A DNA stretch of 64,000 nt, taken from positions 15,996,001 to 16,060,000 of the forward strand of contig OX597822.1 in assembly GCA_951406725.2 (NCBI GenBank), given 5' to 3'. Shown here piece after piece: positions 63,381 to 64,000 of this stretch (position 1 is its first letter; each line of letters opens with the position of its first letter). This DNA is from Octopus vulgaris. Its lineage: Eukaryota. Position numbers and translations under genes: made by a program. The notes beneath the pieces were generated by a model. That model saw nothing but the letters and a program-made list of their open reading frames with translations. It did no database searches and was not told where the DNA came from.

Positions 63381-63789
63381 TTTGTGCGTGAGTGTGTCTT
63401 TAAATACTGAAAGTAACTGCACACTGTTGAATCAAATGAAACCTCAAAATAACATAGACATATTTATCAACTTACCAAACTTTTTCTTATAAAAAACAAT
63501 TGGAAACAATCATATCGCACATCCTATTTCTCTAACTATAATTAAAGTTGTCTCACCTCCATCTTTTTCTCTTAAGATGAAAATGATTAGAAGAGAGAAA
63601 TTTTCAGCGTTTTCACACATTTTCCTTTATAATAAAACATTATATACCACTTCCCGAAACACATTTTTCTCCTAAAAATAGGATTAAGAGTATATATAGG
63701 AGTATATATCGTAGATTTTAAAGCCAATAACCAATTTCAATTGCAATACATTCTACAATATTAATGTACCGAATTTAAAAAAAAAAGAA

Positions 63790-63915
63790 TCCACTCACAA
63801 GACTTTGGTCGGCCCGAGGTTAGAGAAGAAGACACTTGCCCAAGGTGCCACGCAGTGGGACTGAACCCAGAACCATGTGGTTGGTAAGCAAGCTACTTAC
63901 CATACAGCCTCTTCT
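63790..63915 (-). mobile_element. SINE family A head
   Basis: Matches 1642-1765 (TTTGGTCGGCCCGAGG...GTGGGACTGAACCC...AAGCTACTTACCA). Confidence 0.85.
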
Positions 63916-64000
63916 GTACAAATATGCATATATATATTATACACACACATATATACATATATGCATGTGTGCATATATGTACAAGCACACACGCACATAA

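Overview
AT-rich, microsatellite-dense eukaryotic DNA with no recognisable host protein-coding gene. The SINE families and the (TA)n/(AAT)n/(CA)n load suggest an octopus or other cephalopod genome; this is inference, not a database result. The window is mostly mobile-element remnants: a near-full-length degraded RTE LINE (10.3-13.3 kb), CR1/L2-group RT fragments (one with an open 320-aa frame), several R4/Dong-type restriction-like-endonuclease LINE remnants next to (TAA)n, three Penelope-like (GIY-YIG) remnants, four Helitron-like elements (one with a PIF1 helicase fragment) and many modular tRNA-derived SINEs. The most notable signal is a set of ORF-less fold-back elements, several embedded in (TA)n, carrying type I hammerhead-ribozyme-like cores. 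One family has an unusually long stem II. One ~350-nt unit shows both A-B and B-A junctions, as expected of a circular-RNA (retrozyme-like) or head-to-tail template. All structures were read by eye and none were computed. Most short ORFs in the supplied track are microsatellite artefacts.
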